Assembly (NCBI GenBank): GCA_964016885.1
Contig: OZ024740.1
Location: 412,610,001-412,674,000, forward strand
DNA: 64,000 nt
Direction: 5' to 3'
DNA from: Eledone cirrhosa
Taxonomy: Eukaryota
The notes under the pieces were generated by a model that worked only from the letters and a program-made list of their open reading frames with translations, was not told where the DNA came from and ran no database searches. The translations under genes were made by a program, and so were the position numbers. Of this stretch, positions 28,701-42,300 are shown piece after piece; the first letter of the stretch is position 1; each line of letters opens with the position of its first letter.

Positions 28701-31700
28701 TGGAGTTATGTACATGTGTGTAGAAAGTGTAGTGTGTATGGAGTTATGTATATGTGTGTAGAAGATGTAGTGTGTATGGAGTTATGTATATGTGTGTAGA
28801 AGGTGTAGTGTCTATGGAGTTATGTATATGTGTGTAGGTTTAGTGTGTATGGAATTATGTATATGTGTGTAGGTGTAGTGTGTATGGAGTTATGTGTATG
28901 TGTGTAGAAGGTGTAGTGTGTATGGAGTTATGTATATGTGTGTAGAATGTGTAAATTGTATGGGGTTATGTGTATGTGTGTAGAAGGTGTAGTGTGTATG
29001 GAGTTATGTATATGTGTGTAGAAGGTGTAGTGTGTATGGAGTTATGTATATGTGTATAGAAAGTGTAGTGTGTATGGAGTTATGTATATGTGTGTAGAAG
29101 GTGTAGTGTGTATGGAGTTATGTATATGTGTGTAGAAAGTGTAGTGTGTATGGAGTTATGTGTATGTGTGCAGAAGGTGTAGTGTGTATGGAGTTATGTA
29201 TATGTGTGTAGAAGGTGTAGTGTGTATAGAGTTATGTATATGTGTGTAGAAAATGTAGTGTGTATGGAGTTATGTATATGTGTGTAGGAGTAGTGTGTAT
29301 GGAGTTATGTATATGTGTGTAGAAAGTGTAGTGTGTATGGAGTTATGTATATGTGTGTAGAAAGTGTAGTGTGTATGGAGTATTGTGTATGTGTGTAGAA
29401 AGTGTAGTGTGTATGGAGTTATATATATGTGTGTAGGAGTAGTGTGTATGGAGTTATGTATATGTGTGTAGAAAGTGTAGTGTGTATGGAGTTATGTATA
29501 TGTGTGTAGAAAGTCTAGTGTGTATGGAGTTATGTGTATGTGTGTAGAAGGTGTAGTGTGTATGGAGTTATGTATATGTGTGTAGAAAGTGTAGTGTGTA
29601 TGGTGTTATGTATATGTGTGTAGAAGTTGTAGTGTGTATGGAGTAATGTATATGTGTGTAGAAAGTGTAGTGTGTATGGAGTTATGTGTATGTGTGTAGA
29701 AGGTGTAGTGTGTATGGAGTTATGTATATGTGTGTAGAATGTGTAAATTGTATGGGGTTATGTGTATGTGTGTAGAAGGTGTAGTTTGTATGGAGTTATG
29801 TATAAGTGTGTAGAAGGTGTAATGTGTATGGAGTTATGTATATGTGTGTTGGTGTAGTGTGTATGGAGTTATGTATATGTGTGTTGGTGTAGTGTGTATG
29901 GAGTTATGTATATGTGTATAGAAAGTGTAGTGTGTATGGAGTTATGTATATGTGTGTAGAAAGTGTAGTGTGTATGGAGTTATGTGTATGTGTGCAGAAG
30001 GTGTAGTGTGTATGGAGTTATGTATATGTGTGTAGAAGTTGTAGTGTGTATAGAGTTATGTATATGTGTGTAGAAAGTGTAGTGTGTATGGAGTTATGTA
30101 TATGTGTTTAGGAGTAGTGTGTATGGAGTTATGTATATGTGTGTAGAAAGTGTAGTGTGTATGGAGTTATGTATATGTGTGTAGAAAGTGTAGTGTGTAT
30201 GGAGTATTGTATATGTGTGTAGAAGGTGTAGTGTGTATGGAGTTATGTATATGTGTGTAGAAGGTGTAGTGTGTATGGAGTTATGTATATGTGTGTAGAA
30301 AGTGTAGTGTGTATGGAGTTATGTATATGTGTGTAGAAGGTGTAGTGTGTATGGAGTTATGTATATGTGTGTAGAAAGTGTAGTGTGTATGGAGTTATGT
30401 ATATGTGTGTAGAAAGTGTAGTGTGTATGGAGTTATGTATATGTGTGCAGAAGCTGTAGTGTGTATGGAGTTATGTATATGTGTGTAGAAAGTGTAGTGT
30501 GTATGGAATTATGTGTATGTGTGTAGAAGTTGTAGTGTGTATGGAGTTATGTATATGTGTGTAGAAGGTATAGTGTGTATGGAGTTATGTGTATATGTGT
30601 AGGTGTAGTGTGTATGGAGTTATATATATGTGTGTAGGTGTAGTGTGTATGGAGTTATGTGTATGTGTGTTGAAGGTGTAGTATGCATGGAGTTATGTAT
30701 GTGTGTAGAAGGTGTAGTGTGTATGGAGTTATATACATGTGTGCAGAAGGTGTAGTGTGTATGGAGTTATGTATATGTGTGTAGAAGGTGTAGTGTGTAT
30801 GGAGTTATGTATATGTGTGTAGAAAATGTAGTGTGTATGGAGTTATGTATATGTGTGTAGAAAGTGTAGTGTGTATGGAGTTATGTACATGTGTGTAGAA
30901 AGTGTAGTGTGTATGGAGTTATGTACATGTGTGTAGAAAGTGTAGTGTGTATGGAGTTATGTATATGTGTGTAGAAGATGTAGTGTGTATGGAGTTATGT
31001 ATATGTGTGTAGAAGGTGTAGTGTCTATGGAGTTATGTATATGTGTGTAGGTTTAGTGTGTATGGAATTATGTATATGTGTGTAGGTGTAGTGTGTATGG
31101 AGTTATGTGTATGTGTGTAGAAGGTGTAGTGTGTATGGAGTTATGTATATGTGTGTAGAATGTGTAAATTGTATGGGGTTATGTGTATGTGTGTAGAAGG
31201 TGTAGTGTGTATGGAGTTATGTATATGTGTGTAGAAGGTGTAGTGTGTATGGAGTTATGTATATGTGTATAGAAAGTGTAGTGTGTATGGAGTTATGTAT
31301 ATGTGTGTAGAAGGTGTAGTGTGTATGGAGTTATGTATATGTGTGTAGAAAGTGTAGTGTGTATGGAGTTATGTGTATGTGTGCAGAAGGTGTAGTGTGT
31401 ATGGAGTTATGTATATGTGTGTAGAAGGTGTAGTGTGTATAGAGTTATGTATATGTGTGTAGAAAATGTAGTGTGTATGGAGTTATGTATATGTGTGTAG
31501 GAGTAGTGTGTATGGAGTTATGTATATGTGTGTAGAAAGTGTAGTGTGTATGGAGTTATGTATATGTGTGTAGAAAGTGTAGTGTGTATGGAGTATTGTG
31601 TATGTGTGTAGAAAGTGTAGTGTGTATGGAGTTATATATATGTGTGTAGGAGTAGTGTGTATGGAGTTATGTATATGTGTGTAGAAAGTGTAGTGTGTAT

Positions 31701-33200
31701 GGAGTTATGTATATGTGTGTAGAAAGTCTAGTGTGTATGGAGTTAAGTGTATGTGTGTAGAAGGTGTAGTGTGTATGGAGTTATGTATATGTGTGTAGAA
31801 AGTGTAGTGTGTATGGTGTTATGTATATGTGTGTAGAAGTTGTAGTGTGTATGGAGTAATGTATATGTGTGTAGAAAGTGTAGTGTGTATGGAGTTATGT
31901 GTATGTGTGTAGAAGGTGTAGTGTGTATGGAGTTATGTATATGTGTGTAGAATGTGTAAATTGTATGGGGTTATGTGTATGTGTGTAGAAGGTGTAGTTT
32001 GTATGGAGTTATGTATAAGTGTGTAGAAAGTGTAGTGTGTATGGAGTATTGTGTATGTGTGTAGAAAGTGTAGTGTGTATGGAGTTATATATATGTGTGT
32101 AGGAGTAGTGTGTATGGAGTTATGTATATGTGTGTAGAAAGTGTAGTGTGTATGGAGTTATGTATATGTGTGTAGAAAGTCTAGTGTGTATGGAGTTATG
32201 TGTATGTGTGTAGAAGGTGTAGTGTGTATGGAGTTATGTATATGTGTGTAGAAAGTGTAGTGTGTATGGTGTTATGTATATGTGTGTAGAAGTTGTAGTG
32301 TGTATGGAGTAATGTATATGTGTGTAGAAAGTGTAGTGTGTATGGAGTTATGTGTATGTGTGTAGAAGGTGTAGTGTGTATGGAGTTATGTATATGTGTG
32401 TAGAATGTGTAAATTGTATGGGGTTATGTGTATGTGTGTAGAAGGTGTAGTTTGTATGGAGTTATGTATAAGTGTGTAGAAGGTGTAATGTGTATGGAGT
32501 TATGTATATGTGTGTTGGTGTAGTGTGTATGGAGTTATGTATATGTGTGTTGGTGTAGTGTGTATGGAGTTATGTATATGTGTATAGAAAGTGTAGTGTG
32601 TATGGAGTTATGTATATGTGTGTAGAAAGTGTAGTGTGTATGGAGTTATGTGTATGTGTGCAGAAGGTGTAGTGTGTATGGAGTTATGTATATGTGTGTA
32701 GAAGTTGTAGTGTGTATAGAGTTATGTATATGTGTGTAGAAAGTGTAGTGTGTATGGAGTTATGTATATGTGTTTAGGAGTAGTGTGTATGGAGTTATGT
32801 ATATGTGTGTAGAAAGTGTAGTGTGTATGGAGTTATGTATATGTGTGTAGAAAGTGTAGTGTGTATGGAGTATTGTATATGTGTGTAGAAGGTGTAGTGT
32901 GTATGGAGTTATGTATATGTGTGTAGAAGGTGTAGTGTGTATGGAGTTATGTATATGTGTGTAGAAAGTGTAGTGTGTATGGAGTTATGTATATGTGTGT
33001 AGAAGGTGTAGTGTGTATGGAGTTATGTATATGTGTGTAGAAAGTGTAGTGTGTATGGAGTTATGTATATGTGTGTAGAAAGTGTAGTGTGTATGGAGTT
33101 ATGTATATGTGTGCAGAAGCTGTAGTGTGTATGGAGTTATGTATATGTGTGTAGAAAGTGTAGTGTGTATGGAGTTATGTATATGTGTGTACAAGGTGTA
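25740..33200. repeat. Imperfectly triplicated 2.2-2.9 kb block
   Basis: GTACATG occurs at 25776/28713/30926 and GAAAAT at 26317/29254/31467 (offsets 2937 and 5150). TTTAGGAG occurs at 27661/30107/32773. Confidence 0.8.
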
Positions 33201-36200
33201 GTGTGTATGGAATTATGTATATGTGTGTAGAAAGTGTAGTGTGTATGGAGTTATGTATATGTGTGCAGAAGGTGTAGTGTGTATGGAGTTATGTATATGT
33301 GTGTAGAAGGTGTAGTGTGTATGGAATTATGTGTATGTGTGTAGAAGTTGTAGTGTGTATGGAGTTATGTATATGTGTGTAGAAGGTATAGTGTGTATGG
33401 AGTTATGTGTATATGTGTAGGTGTAGTGTGTATGGAGTTATATATATGTGTGTAGGTGTAGTGTGTATGGAGTTATGTGTATGTGTGTTGAAGGTGTAGT
33501 ATGCATGGAGTTATGTATGTGTGTAGAAGGTCTAGTGTGTATGGAGTTATATACATGTGTGCAGAAGGTGTAGTGTGTATGGAGTTATGTATATGTGTGT
33601 AGAAGGTGTAGTGTGTATGGAGTTATGTATATGTGTGTAGAAAATGTAGTGTGTATGGAGTTATGTCTATGTGTGTAGAAGGTGTAGTGTGTATGGAGTT
33701 ATGTATATGTGTGTAGAAGGTGTAGTGTGTATGGAATTATGTATATGTGTGTAGAAGGTGTAGTGTGTATGGAGTTATGTATATGTGTGTAGAAGGTGTA
33801 GTGTGTATGGAGTTATGTATATGTGTGTAGAAGGTGTAGTGTGTATGGAGTTATGTATATGTGTGTAGAAGGTGTAGTGCGTATGGAGTTATGTATATGT
33901 GTGTAGGTTTAGTGTGTATGGAATAATGTATATGTGTGTAGGTGTAGTGTGTATGGAGTTATGTGTATGTGTGTAGAAGGTGTAGTGTGTATGGAGTTAT
34001 TTATATGTGTGTAGGTGTAGTGTGTATGGAGTTATGTATATGCGTGTAGAAGGTGTAAATTGTATGGGGTTATTTGTATGTGTGTAGGTGTAGTGTGTAT
34101 GGAGTTATGTGTATGTGTGTAGAAGGTGTAGTGTGTATGGAGTTATGTATATGTGTGTAGAAGGTGTAAATTGTATGGGGTTATGTGTATGTGTGTAGAA
34201 GGTGTAGTGTGTATGGAGTTATGTATATGTGTGTAGGTGTAGTGTGTATGGAGTTATGTATATGTGTGTAGAAAGTGTAGTGTGTATGGAGTTAGGTATA
34301 TGTGTGTAGAAGGTGTAGTGTGTATGGAGTTATGTATATGTGTGTAGAAGGTGTAGTGTGTATGGAGTTATATATATGTGTGTAGAAGGTGTAGTGTGTA
34401 TGGAGTTATGTATATGTGTGTAGAAAGTGTAGTGTGTATGGAGTTATGTATATGTGTGTAGAAGGCGTAATGTGTATGGAGTTATGTATATGTGTGTAGA
34501 AGGTGTAGTGTGTATGGAGTTATGTATATGTGTGTAGGTGTTGTGTGTATTGGGTTATGTATATGTGTGTAGAAAGTGTAGTGTGTATGGAGTTATGTAT
34601 ATGTGTGTAGAAGGTGTAGTGTGTATGGAGTTATGTATATGTGTGTAGAAAGTGTAGTGTGTATGGAATTATGTATATGTGTGTAGAAGGTGTAGTGTGT
34701 ATGGAGTTATGTATATGTGTGTTGGTGTAGTGTGTATGGAGTTATGTATATGTGTGTAGAAAGTGTAGTGTGTATGGAGTTATGTATATGTGTGTAGAAG
34801 GTGTAGTGTGTATGGAGTTATGTATATGTGTGTATGTGTAGTGTGTATGGAGTTATGTATATGTGTGTAGTAGGTGTAGTGTGTATGGAGTTATGTATAT
34901 GTGTGTAGAAGGTGTAGTGTGTATGGAGTTATGTATATGTGTGTAGAAGGTGTAGTGTGTATGGAGTTATGTATATGTGTGTAGGTGTAGTGTGTATGGA
35001 ATTATGTATATGTGTGTAGAAGGTGTAGTGTGTATGGAGTTATGTATAAGTGTGTAGAAAGTGTAGTGTGTATGGAGTTATGTATATGTGTGTAGAAGAT
35101 GTAGTGTGTATGGAGTTATGTATATGTGTGTAGAAAGTGTAGTGTGTATGGAGTTATGTATATGTGTGTAGAAGGTGTGGTGTGTATGGAGTTATGTATA
35201 TGTGTGTAGAAAGTGTAGTGTGTATGGAGTTATGTATATGTGTGTAGAAAGTGTAGTGTGTATGGAGTTATGTATATGTGTGTAGAAGATGTAGTGTGTA
35301 TGGAGTTATGTATATGTGTGTAGAAGGTGTAGTGTCTATGGAGTTATATATATGTGTGTAGGTTTAGTGTGTATGGAATTATGTATATGTGTGTAGGTGT
35401 AGTGTGTATGGAGTTATGTGTATGTGTGTAGAAGGTGTAGTGTGTATAGAGTTATGTATATGTGTGTAGAAAGTGTAGTGTGTATGGAGTTATGTATATG
35501 TGTGTAGGAGTAGTGTGTATGGAGTTATGTATATGTGTGTAGAAAGTGTAGTGTGTATGGAGTTATGTATATGTGTGTAGAAAGTGTAGTGTGTATGGAG
35601 TTATGTATATGTGTGTAGAAGGTGTAGTGTGTATGGAGTAATGTATATGTGTGTAGAAGGTGTAGTGTGTATGGAGAATTGTGTATGTGTGTAGAAAGTG
35701 TAGTGTGTATGGAGTTATATATATGTGTGTAGGAGTAGTGTGTATGGAGTGATGTATATGTGTGTAGAAAGTGTAGTGTGTATGGAGTTATGTATATGTG
35801 TGTAGAAAGTCTAGTGTGTATGGAGTTATGTGTATGTGTGTAGAAGGTGTAGTGTGTATGGAGTTATGTATATGTGTGTAGAAAGTGTAGTGTGTATGGT
35901 GTTATGTATATGTGTGTAGAAGTTGTAGTGTGTATAGAGTTATGCATATGAGTGTAGAAAGTGTAGTGTGTATGGAGTTATGTATATGTGTGTAGAAAGT
36001 GTAGTGTGTATGGAGTTATGTATATGTGTGTAGAAGGTGTAGTGTGTATAGAGTTATGTATATGTGTGTAGAAAGTGTAGTGTGTATGGAGTTATGTATA
36101 TGTGTGTAGGAGTAGTGTGTATGGAGTTATGTATATGTGTGTAGAAAGTGTAGTGTGTATGGAGTTATGTATATGTGTGTAGAAAGTGTAGTGTGTATGG

Positions 36201-39200
36201 AGTATTGTATATGTGTGTAGAAGGTGTAGTGTGTATGGAATTATGTATATGTGTGTAGAAGGTGTAGTGTGTATGGAGTTATGTATATGTGTGTAGAAGG
36301 TGTAGTGTGTATAGAGTTATGTATATGTGTGTAGAAAATGTAGTGTGTATGGAGTTATGTATATGTGTGCTGAAGCTGTAGTGTGTATGGAGTTATGTAT
36401 ATGTGTGTAGAAAGTGTAGTGTGTATGGAGTTATGTGTATGTGTGCAGAAGCTGTAGTGTGTATGGAGTTATGTATATGTGTGTAGAAAGTGTAGTGTGT
36501 ATGGAGTTATGTATATGTGTGTACAAGGTGTAGTGTGTATGGAATTATGTATATGTGTGTAGAAAGTGTAGTGTGTATGGATTTATATATATGTGTGCAG
36601 AAGGTGTAGTGTGTATGGAGTTATGTATATGTGTGCAGAAGGTGTAGTGTGTATGGAGTTATGTATATGTGTGTAGAAGGTGTAGTGTGTATGGAATTAT
36701 CTGTATGTGTGTAGAAGGTGTAGTGTGTATGGAGTTATGTATATGTGTGTAGAAGGTATAGTGTGTATGGAGTTATGTGTATATGTGTAGGTGTAGTGTG
36801 TATGGAGTTATGTGTATGTGTGTTGAAGGTGTAGTATGCATGGAGTTATGTATATGTGTGTAGAAGGTGTAGTGTGTATGGAGTTATATACATGTGTGCT
36901 GAAGGTGTAGTGTGTATGGAGTTATGTATATGTGTGTAGAAGGTGTAGTGTGTATGGAGTTATGTATATGTGTGTATGTGTAGTGTGTATGGAGTTATGT
37001 ATATGTGTGTAGTAGGTGTAGTGTGTATGGAGTTATGTATATGTGTGTAGAAGGTGTAGTGTGTATGGAGTTATGTATTTGTGTGTAGAAGGTGTAGTGT
37101 GTATGGAGTTATGTATATGCGTGTAGGTGTAGTGTGTATGGAGTTATGTATATGTGTGTAGAAAGTGTAGTGTGTATGGAGTTATGTATATGTGTGTAGA
37201 AAGTGTAGTGTGTATGGAATTATGTATATGTGTGTAGAAGGTGTAGTGTGTATGGAGTTATGTATAAGTGTGTAGAAGGTGTAGTTTGTATGGAGTTATG
37301 TATATGTGTGTAGAAAGTGTAGTGTGTATGGAGTTATGTATATGTGTGTAGAAAGTGTAGTGTGTATGGAGTTATGTGTATGTGTGTAGAAGGTGTGGTG
37401 TGTATGGAGTTATGTATATGTGTGTAGAAAGTGTAGTGTGTATGGAGTTATGTATATGTGTGTAGAAAGTGTAGTGTGTATGGAGTTATGTATATGTGTG
37501 TAGAAGATGTAGTGTGTATGGAGTTATGTATATGTGTGTAGAAGGTGTAGTGTCTATGGAGTTATATATATGTGTGTAGGTTTAGTGTGTATGGAATTAT
37601 GTATATGTGTGTAGGTGTAGTGTGTATGGAGTTATGTGTATGTGTGTAGAAGGTGTAGTGTGTATGGAGTTATGTATATGTGTGTAGAATGTGTAAATTG
37701 TATGGGGTTATGTGTATGTGTGTAGAAGGTGTAGTTTGTATGGAGTTATGTATAAGTGTGTAGAAGGTGTAATGTGTATGGAGTTATGTATATGTGTGTT
37801 GGTGTAGTGTGTATGGAGTTATGTATATGTGTGTTGGTGTAGTGTGTATGGAGTTATGTATATGTGTATAGAAAGTGTAGTGTGTATGGAGTTATGTATA
37901 TGTGTGTAGAAGGTGTAGTGTGTATGGAGTTATGTATATGTGTGTAGAAAGTGTAGTGTGTATGGAGTTATGTGTATGTGTGCAGAAGGTGTAGTGTGCA
38001 TGGAGTTATGTATATGTGTGTAGAAGGTGTAGTGTGTATAGAGTTATGTATATGTGTGTAGAAAGTGTAGTGTGTATGGAGTTATGTATATGTGTGTAGA
38101 AAGTGTAGTGTGTATGGAGTTATGTATATGTGTGCAGAAGGTGTAGTGTGTATGGAGTTATGTATATGTGTGTAGAAGGTGTAGTGTGTATGGAATTATG
38201 TATATGTGTGTAGAAGGTGTAGTGTGTATGGAGTTATGTATATGTGTGTAGAAGGTGTAGTGTGTATGGAGTTATGTATATGTGTGTAGAAGGTGTAGTG
38301 TGTATGGAGTTATGTATATGTGTGTAGAAAGTGTAGTGTGTATGGTGTTATGTATATGTGTGTAGAAGTTGTAGTGTGTATGGAGTTATGTATATGTGTG
38401 TAGAAAGTGTAGTGTGTATGGAGTTATGTGTATGTGTGTAGAAGGTGTAGTGTGTATGGAGTTATGTATATGTGTGTAGAATGTGTAAATTGTATGGGGT
38501 TATGTGTATGTGTGTAGAAGGTGTAGTTTGTATGGAGTTATGTATAAGTGTGTAGAAGGTGTAATGTGTATGGAGTTATGTATATGTGTGTTGGTGTAGT
38601 GTGTATGGAGTTATGTCTATGTATGTAGAAAGTGTAGTGTGTATGGAGTTATGTCTATGTGTATAGAAAGTGTAGTGTGTATGGAGTTATGTATATGTGT
38701 GTAGAAGGTGTAGTGTGTATGGAGTTATGTGTATGTGTGTAGAAAGTGTAGTGTGTATGGAGTATTGTATATGTGTGCAGAAGGTGTAGTGTGTATGGAG
38801 TTATGTATATGTGTGTAGAAGTTGTAGTGTGTATAGAGTTATGTATATGTGTGTAGAAAGTGTAGTGTGTATGGAGTTATGTATATGTGTGTAGAAAGTG
38901 TAGTGTGTATGGAGTATTGTATATGTGTGTAGAAGGTGTAGTGTGTATGGAGTTATGTATATGTGTGTAGAAGATGTAGTGTGTATGGAGTTATGTATAT
39001 GTGTGTAGAAGGTGTAGTGTGTATGGAGTTATGTATATGTGTGTAGAAGATGTAGTGTGTATGGAGTTATGTATATGTGTGTAGAAGGTGTAGTGTGTAT
39101 GGAGTTATGCATATGTGTGCTGAAGCTGTAGTGTGTATGGAGTTATGTATATGTGTGTAGAAAGTGTAGTGTGAATGGACTTATGTATATGTGTGCTGAA

Positions 39201-42200
39201 GCTGTAGTGTGTATGGAGTTATGTATATGTGTGTAGAAAGTGTAGTGTGTATGGAGTTATGTGTATGTGTGTAGAAGGTGTAGTGTGTATGGAGTTATGT
39301 ATATGTGTGTAGAAAGTGTAGTGTGTATGGAGTTATGTATATGTGTGCAGAAGCTGTAGTGTGTATGGAGTTATGTATATGTGTGTAGAAAGTGTAGTGT
39401 GTATGGAGTTATGTATATGTGTGTACAAGGTGTAGTGTGTATGGAATTATGTATATGTGTGTAGAAAGTGTAGTGTGTATGGAGTTATGTATATGTGTGC
39501 AGAAGGTGTAGTGTGTATGGAGTTATGTATATGTGTGTAGAAGGTGTAGTGTGTATGGAATTATCTGTATGTGTGTAGGTGTAGTGTGTATGGAGTTAGG
39601 TATATGTGTGTAGAAGGTGTAGTGTGTATGGAGTTATGTATATGTGTGTAGAAGGTATAGCGTGTATGGAGTTATGTGTATATGTGTAGGTGTAGTGTGT
39701 ATGGAGTTATGTGTATGTGTGTTGAAGGTGTAGTATGCATGGAGTTATGTATATGTGTGTAGAAGGTGTAGTGTGTATGGAGTTATCTATATGTGTGTAG
39801 AAGGTGTAGTGTGTATGGAGTTATGTATATGTGTGTAGGTGTAGTGTGTATGGAGTTATGTATATGTGTGTAGAAGGTGTAGTTTGTATGGAGTTATGTA
39901 TATGTGTGTAGAAGGTGTAGTGTGTATGGAGTTATGTATATGTGTGTAGGTTTAGTGTGTATGGAATTATGTATATGTGTGTAGGTGTAGAGTGTATGGA
40001 GTTATGTGTATGTGTGTAGAAGGTGTAGTGTGTATGGAGTTATGTATATGTGTGTAGAATGTGTAAATTGTATGGGGTTATGTGTATGTGTGTAGAAGGT
40101 GTAGTTTGTATGGAGTTATGTATAAGTGTGTAGAAGGTGTAGTTTGTATGGAGTTATGTATATGTGTGTAGAAAGTGTAGTGTGTATGGAGTTATGTATA
40201 TGTGTGTAGAAAGTGTAGTGTGTATGGAGTTATGTGTATGTGTGTAGAAGGTGTGGTGTGTATGGAGTTATGTATATGTGTGTAGAAATTGTAGTGTGTA
40301 TGGAGTTATGTATATGTGTGTAGAAAGTGTAGTGTGTATGGAGTTATGTATATGTGTGTAGAAGATGTAGTGTGTATGGAGTTATGTATATGTGTGTAGA
40401 AGGTGTAGTGTGTATGGAGTTATGTATATGTGTGTAGGTTTAGTGTGTATGGAATTATGTATATGTGTGTAGGTGTAGAGTGTATGGAGTTATGTGTATG
40501 TGTGTAGAAGGTGTAGTGTGTATGGAGTTATGTATATGTGTGTAGAATGTGTAAATTGTATGGGGTTATGTGTATGTGTGTAGAAGGTGTAGTTTGTATG
40601 GAGTTATGTATAAGTGTGTAGAAGGTGTAATGTGTATGGAGTTATGTATATGTGTGTTGGTGTAGTGTGTATGGAGTTATGTATATGTGTGTTGGTGTAG
40701 TGTGTATGGAGTTATGTATATGAGTGTAGAAAGTGTAGTGTCTATGGAGTTATGTATATGTGTGTAGAAGGTGTAGTGTGTATGGAGTTATGTATATGTG
40801 TGTAGAAAGTGTAGTGTGTATGGTGTTATGTATATGTGTGTAGGAGTAGTGTGTATGGAGTTATGTATATGTGTGTAGAAAGTGTAGTGTGTATGGAGTT
40901 ATGTATATGTGTGTAGAAAGTGTAGTGTGTATGGAGTATTGTGTATGTGTGTAGAAAGTGTAGTGTGTATGGAGTTATATATATGTGTGTAGGAGTAGTG
41001 TGTATGGAGTGATGTATATGTGTGTAGAAAGTGTAGTGTGTATGGAGTTATGTATATGTGTGTAGAAAGTCTAGTGTGTATGGAGTTATGTGTATGTGTG
41101 TAGAAGGTGTAGTGTGTATAGAGTTATGTATATGTGTGTAGAAAGTGTAGTGTGTATGGAGTTATGTATATGTGTGTAGGAGTAGTGTGTATGGAGTGAT
41201 GTATATGTGTGTAGAAAGTGTAGTGTGTATGGAGTTATGTATATGTGTGTAGAAAGTGTAGTGTGTATGGAGTTATGTATATGTGTGCAGAAGCTGTAGT
41301 GTGTATGGAGTTATGTATATGTGTGTAGAAAGTGTAGTGTGTATGGAGTTATGTACATGTGTGCAGAAGGTGTAGTGTGTATGGAGTTATGTATATGTGT
41401 GTAGAAGGTGTAGTGTGTATGGAATTATCTGTATGTGTGTAGAAGGTGTAGTGTGTATGGAGTTATGTATATGTGTGTAGAAGGTATAGTGTGTATGGAG
41501 TTATGTGTATATGTGTAGGTGTAGTGTGTATGGAGTTATATATATGTGTGTAGGTGTAGTGTGTATGGAGTTATGTATATGTGTGTAGGAGTAGTGTGTA
41601 TGGAGTTATGTATATGTGTGTAGAAAGTGTAGTGTGTATGGAGTTATGTATATGTGTGTAGAAAGTGTAGTGTGTATGGAGTATTGTGTATGTCTGTAGA
41701 AAGTGTAGTGTGTATGGAGTTATATATATGTGTGTAGGAGTAGTGTGTATGGAGTGATGTATATGTGTGTAGAAAGTGTAGTGTGTATGGAGTTATGTAT
41801 ATGTGTGTAGAAAGTCTAGTGTGTATGTAGTTATGTGTATGTGTGTAGAAGGTGTAGTGTGTATGGAGTTATGTATATGTGTGTAGAAAGTGTAGTGTGT
41901 ATGGAGTATTGCATATGTGTGTAGAAGGTGTAGTGTGTATGGAGTTATGTATATGTGTGTAGAAGGTGTAATGTGTATGGAGTTATGTATATGTGTGTAG
42001 AAAGTGTAGTGTGTATGGAGTATTGTATATGTGTGTAGAAGGTGTAGTGTGTATGGAGTTATGTATATGTGTGTAGAAAGTGTAGTGTGTATGGAGTTAT
42101 GTATATGTGTGTAGAAAGTGTAGTGTGTATGGAGTTATGTATATGTGTGTAGAAAGTGTAGTGTGTATGGAGTATTGTATATGTGTGTAGAAGGTGTAGT

Positions 42201-42300
42201 GTGTATGGAGTTATGTATATGTGTGTAGAAGATGTAGTGTGTATGGAGTTATGTATATGTGTGTAGAAGGTGTAGTGTGTATAGAGTTATGTATATGTGT
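30500..42300. repeat. Transition zone where left-type and right-type variant cassettes are interleaved
   Basis: Right-type markers first appear here (GTATGCATGG at 30681, GAATAATG at 33921). Left-type markers last appear here (GAATGTGTAAATTG at 40545, AGGAGTAG at 41736, AAGTCTAG at 41811, GAAGATG at ~42228). Confidence 0.7.

Larger units (their letters stand above)
1..30500. repeat. Left sub-array (variant set A) with irregular multi-kb higher-order blocks
   Basis: A recurring ordered cassette GAATGT-GTAAATTGTATGGGG / GTAGTTTG..TATAAG / GTAATG..GTTGGT first appears at 431 and 1103. Other markers are GTGGTG, GAAGAT, GTGTCTATGG, AGGAGTAG and AAAGTCTAG. The GAAGCT/GAGGTATG/GAGTTTTG cassette recurs at 3354, 7527, 9765, 13213, 17137, 20442 and 24215. 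Confidence 0.8.
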